Shown here: positions 37,986 through 40,117 of the stretch, piece after piece
Position numbering within the stretch: position 1 is the stretch's first letter
Layout of the letters: each line of letters begins with the position of its first letter
DNA from: Octopus bimaculoides
Lineage: Eukaryota
Direction: 5' to 3'
Length of the DNA stretch: 40,117 nt
Assembly: GCF_001194135.2 (NCBI RefSeq)
Contig: NC_068982.1
Location: 147,733,244 to 147,773,360 of the forward strand
Position numbers and translations under genes: made by a program
The notes under the pieces: generated by a model
The model's database searches: none
What the model was told of the DNA's origin: nothing
The model's input: the letters and a program-made list of their open reading frames with translations, nothing else

Positions 37986-38335
37986 ATATATATATATTTG
38001 CCAACTAAATGTGGCGGTCCTATAGAGAATGGTGTTACTGTTGTTTTTAGCCCCAGGAAGACATCTTCTCCAGCTGGCCAACGACACACAATCTGTGTCC
38101 AATTAGTATTTGCGAGGGAGGTTATCGCTTCCATCTCTAGCCCTACGTGATACAAACAGACCAGCGTTTCTGGGTGGTTACCCGTCTTCAGAAGGTGTTA
38201 ATCACTGGCTTGTGAAGAACTCATTCCACTCGCAAAGTACTATATCCTATTTCTAGCGATACATTGTCGCTGATCTCGTAAAGAGGGAGATAAGTTATAT
38301 CAAATCTCTGAGCGAGAGATAAACAATATATATAT

Positions 38336-38345
38336 NNNNNNNNNN
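38336..38345. other. Assembly gap (10 N)
   Basis: Seen directly. Confidence 1.
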
Positions 38346-38915
38346 ATGTGTGTGTGTGTGTGTGTGTGTGTATTCATATTTATGCATATGTCGTTACAAA
38401 CAATTATATACTCATGTACGCAAATATATGGATGGTGGAAAGGAGCCGGAATAAATATATATAGGTCCACATGTGCAAGTCCAAACAGAAGTGCACCCAC
38501 GTGTACGGGAGAGAAGGAGGTGAAAAAACTCAAAATTTCTGGATGTTGTTTGGTTCGAGCTAAGACTTTCTAGATTTAAGAGCGTCGTAGCTTTCTTTAA
38601 ACCACATGTCTGAGAGAAGGTTGCTCCCGTAAAACATTTGAGAAAAGTATGATTTCGGTCATTTGGGTATATCCAGTAGAAGTTGAAGCTCATGGCACAC
38701 CTACACTCCTGAATCTGCGACCTCTATAGACACAAGCTATGTTACGCTAGTTTATATATAAATCGAACCAACAAGAGAGTGAGGGTCCATAGCTGTTTTG
38801 ATAGCTTTATTGCATGCAAAACTGTGCTCGAAACTTACAAGTTATCTTCTTTATTTTGATAGTTTTCTTGTATTGAAGGGACGGTAACATTTGCAGCCTT
38901 ACTTTTTGAAGTGTA

Positions 38916-39115
38916 GCGCGTGGCTAAGTGGTAAGATTGTGGTTTCGATTCCTGGGCCGGGTTACACGCTGTGTTTGTGAGCAAAACACTTCATTTCACG
39001 TTACTCCAGTCCTCTCAGCTAGCAAAAATTTCCCGTCCAGGTGGGAAATATATACGCCATGAAACCGGTTTTTATGAGCTGGTATGACTCGAGAAGATAA
39101 TTTTACCTTTACCTT
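38916..39115 (+). mobile_element. tRNA-derived SINE with internally deleted head
   Basis: A box GTGGCTAAGTGGT joined almost directly to B box GGTTTCGATTCC; (TTTACC)n-like end. Confidence 0.7.
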
Positions 39116-39844
39116 ATGTTGGGAAGCACGCTGTCAGTAATCAGCACGTAAGTCGATTATCTATTCCTTTATTAACCAGTGATAGTCTTCCTCAAACACG
39201 ACACGAGCGGACAACTACTAAATACGTATGTCATGTGTTGCAGATGACCGGTTTAGAGTTATGCAAAAGAAGGTCACTCTGGAGATAGCCATGGCTATCA
39301 AGACCAGCTTCAGTTAGTTGTACATTAGATAAGGCGTTTTAGCTAATGCGAAATAAAATACAAAATGTACTACAAAAGTGAAAACAGAACAACAGTTGGA
39401 ACAGTTGAAATGTAACGCTGTTTTCATTTTTATAGTTCATTCTGTAGTTCATTTTGCATCGTTACGCATCACGCGCGCGCGCGCACACATTAAACTAGGA
39501 TCATGCAGATGGTGGAAAATGAGATAAAAAAGCGATTGAGTAGAGAAAAGGAAGTAGTAACAGAAAATGGACTATTAGATTACAATGCACATTTTTGTAT
39601 TCAGAGCATGCCAGCACATTTGGTATGGCGGTGTCTTACAGCATCGAGTAACGTAATCCATAGGCAAGGCAAGACTTAAGAGTTGTATTAGTATTGTGTA
39701 AAAAAATTTTAATAATACACAATTTGGTAACAGCGAAAGGATCTGCACTAAACAAAACATGAAACGTACAAATTCATAAAGAGACAGATTATCCATTCAT
39801 ATCTATCTATCTATCTGTCTATCTATCTATCTATCCTCTTAATA

Positions 39845-39970
39845 CTTTCTGTCGAAAAGTGTGAGCTCGAAACGTAAAAGACTTTTCCATTCTTCCCGAG
39901 CGTTAAAATAGCACACCTGCTTGTTATTCCTACACCTGTCTCCGTCTTTTGTTTTCTGTAAATTTGAATA
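39845..39970 (+). mobile_element. Short HHR-headed repeat (type B) with a degenerate hammerhead at 39845-39880
   Basis: CUUU-CUGUCGA(A)-AAGU[GUGA]GCUC-GAAA-C-GUA-AAAG, then the tail shared with 23505-23597; flanked by (CTAT)n upstream and (TA)n/(TG)n downstream. Confidence 0.8.
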
Positions 39971-39971
39971 T

Positions 39972-40013
<42 letters not shown>

Positions 40014-40117
40014 CCCACCCTCTCGCCTCTCTTCCTCTCCCCTCCCATACCCATCTTCCCCCTCTCTTACATCCACCTTCCCCTTCTCCCTCCTCGTCAA
40101 CACCCTCTCATAAGCTC

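Overview
AT-rich, repeat-dense animal genomic DNA from a gapped draft assembly (six N runs). The SINE families resemble those I recall from octopus genomes; this is an inference that I could not check by search. No complete protein-coding gene is supportable, and nearly all ORF-track entries are artefacts of (TA)n/(CA)n/(GA)n microsatellites or N runs. The window contains: (i) many tRNA-derived SINEs, one family almost entirely on the minus strand; (ii) two decayed Penelope-like elements (PLEs) with different GIY-YIG endonuclease types, one a 5'-truncated copy at ~3450-4530 and one a ~2.3 kb head-to-head inverted structure at 30104-32440; (iii) a probable R4/Dong LINE remnant, a possible RTE remnant, a MITE and a near-perfect 180-bp fold-back; (iv) at least five recognisable type I minimal hammerhead ribozyme (HHR) motifs plus several remnants. 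Two of the HHRs lie in the PLE 3' regions, one directly behind a tRNA-like Pol III head. Others head a dispersed ~130-bp non-coding repeat family that nearly always abuts TA-rich microsatellites. Minimal HHRs in animal PLEs and non-autonomous retrozymes are established in general; whether these particular families are described needs a database search. Every HHR copy here deviates from the canonical fold, so activity is doubtful. A few isolated exon candidates are given at low confidence.
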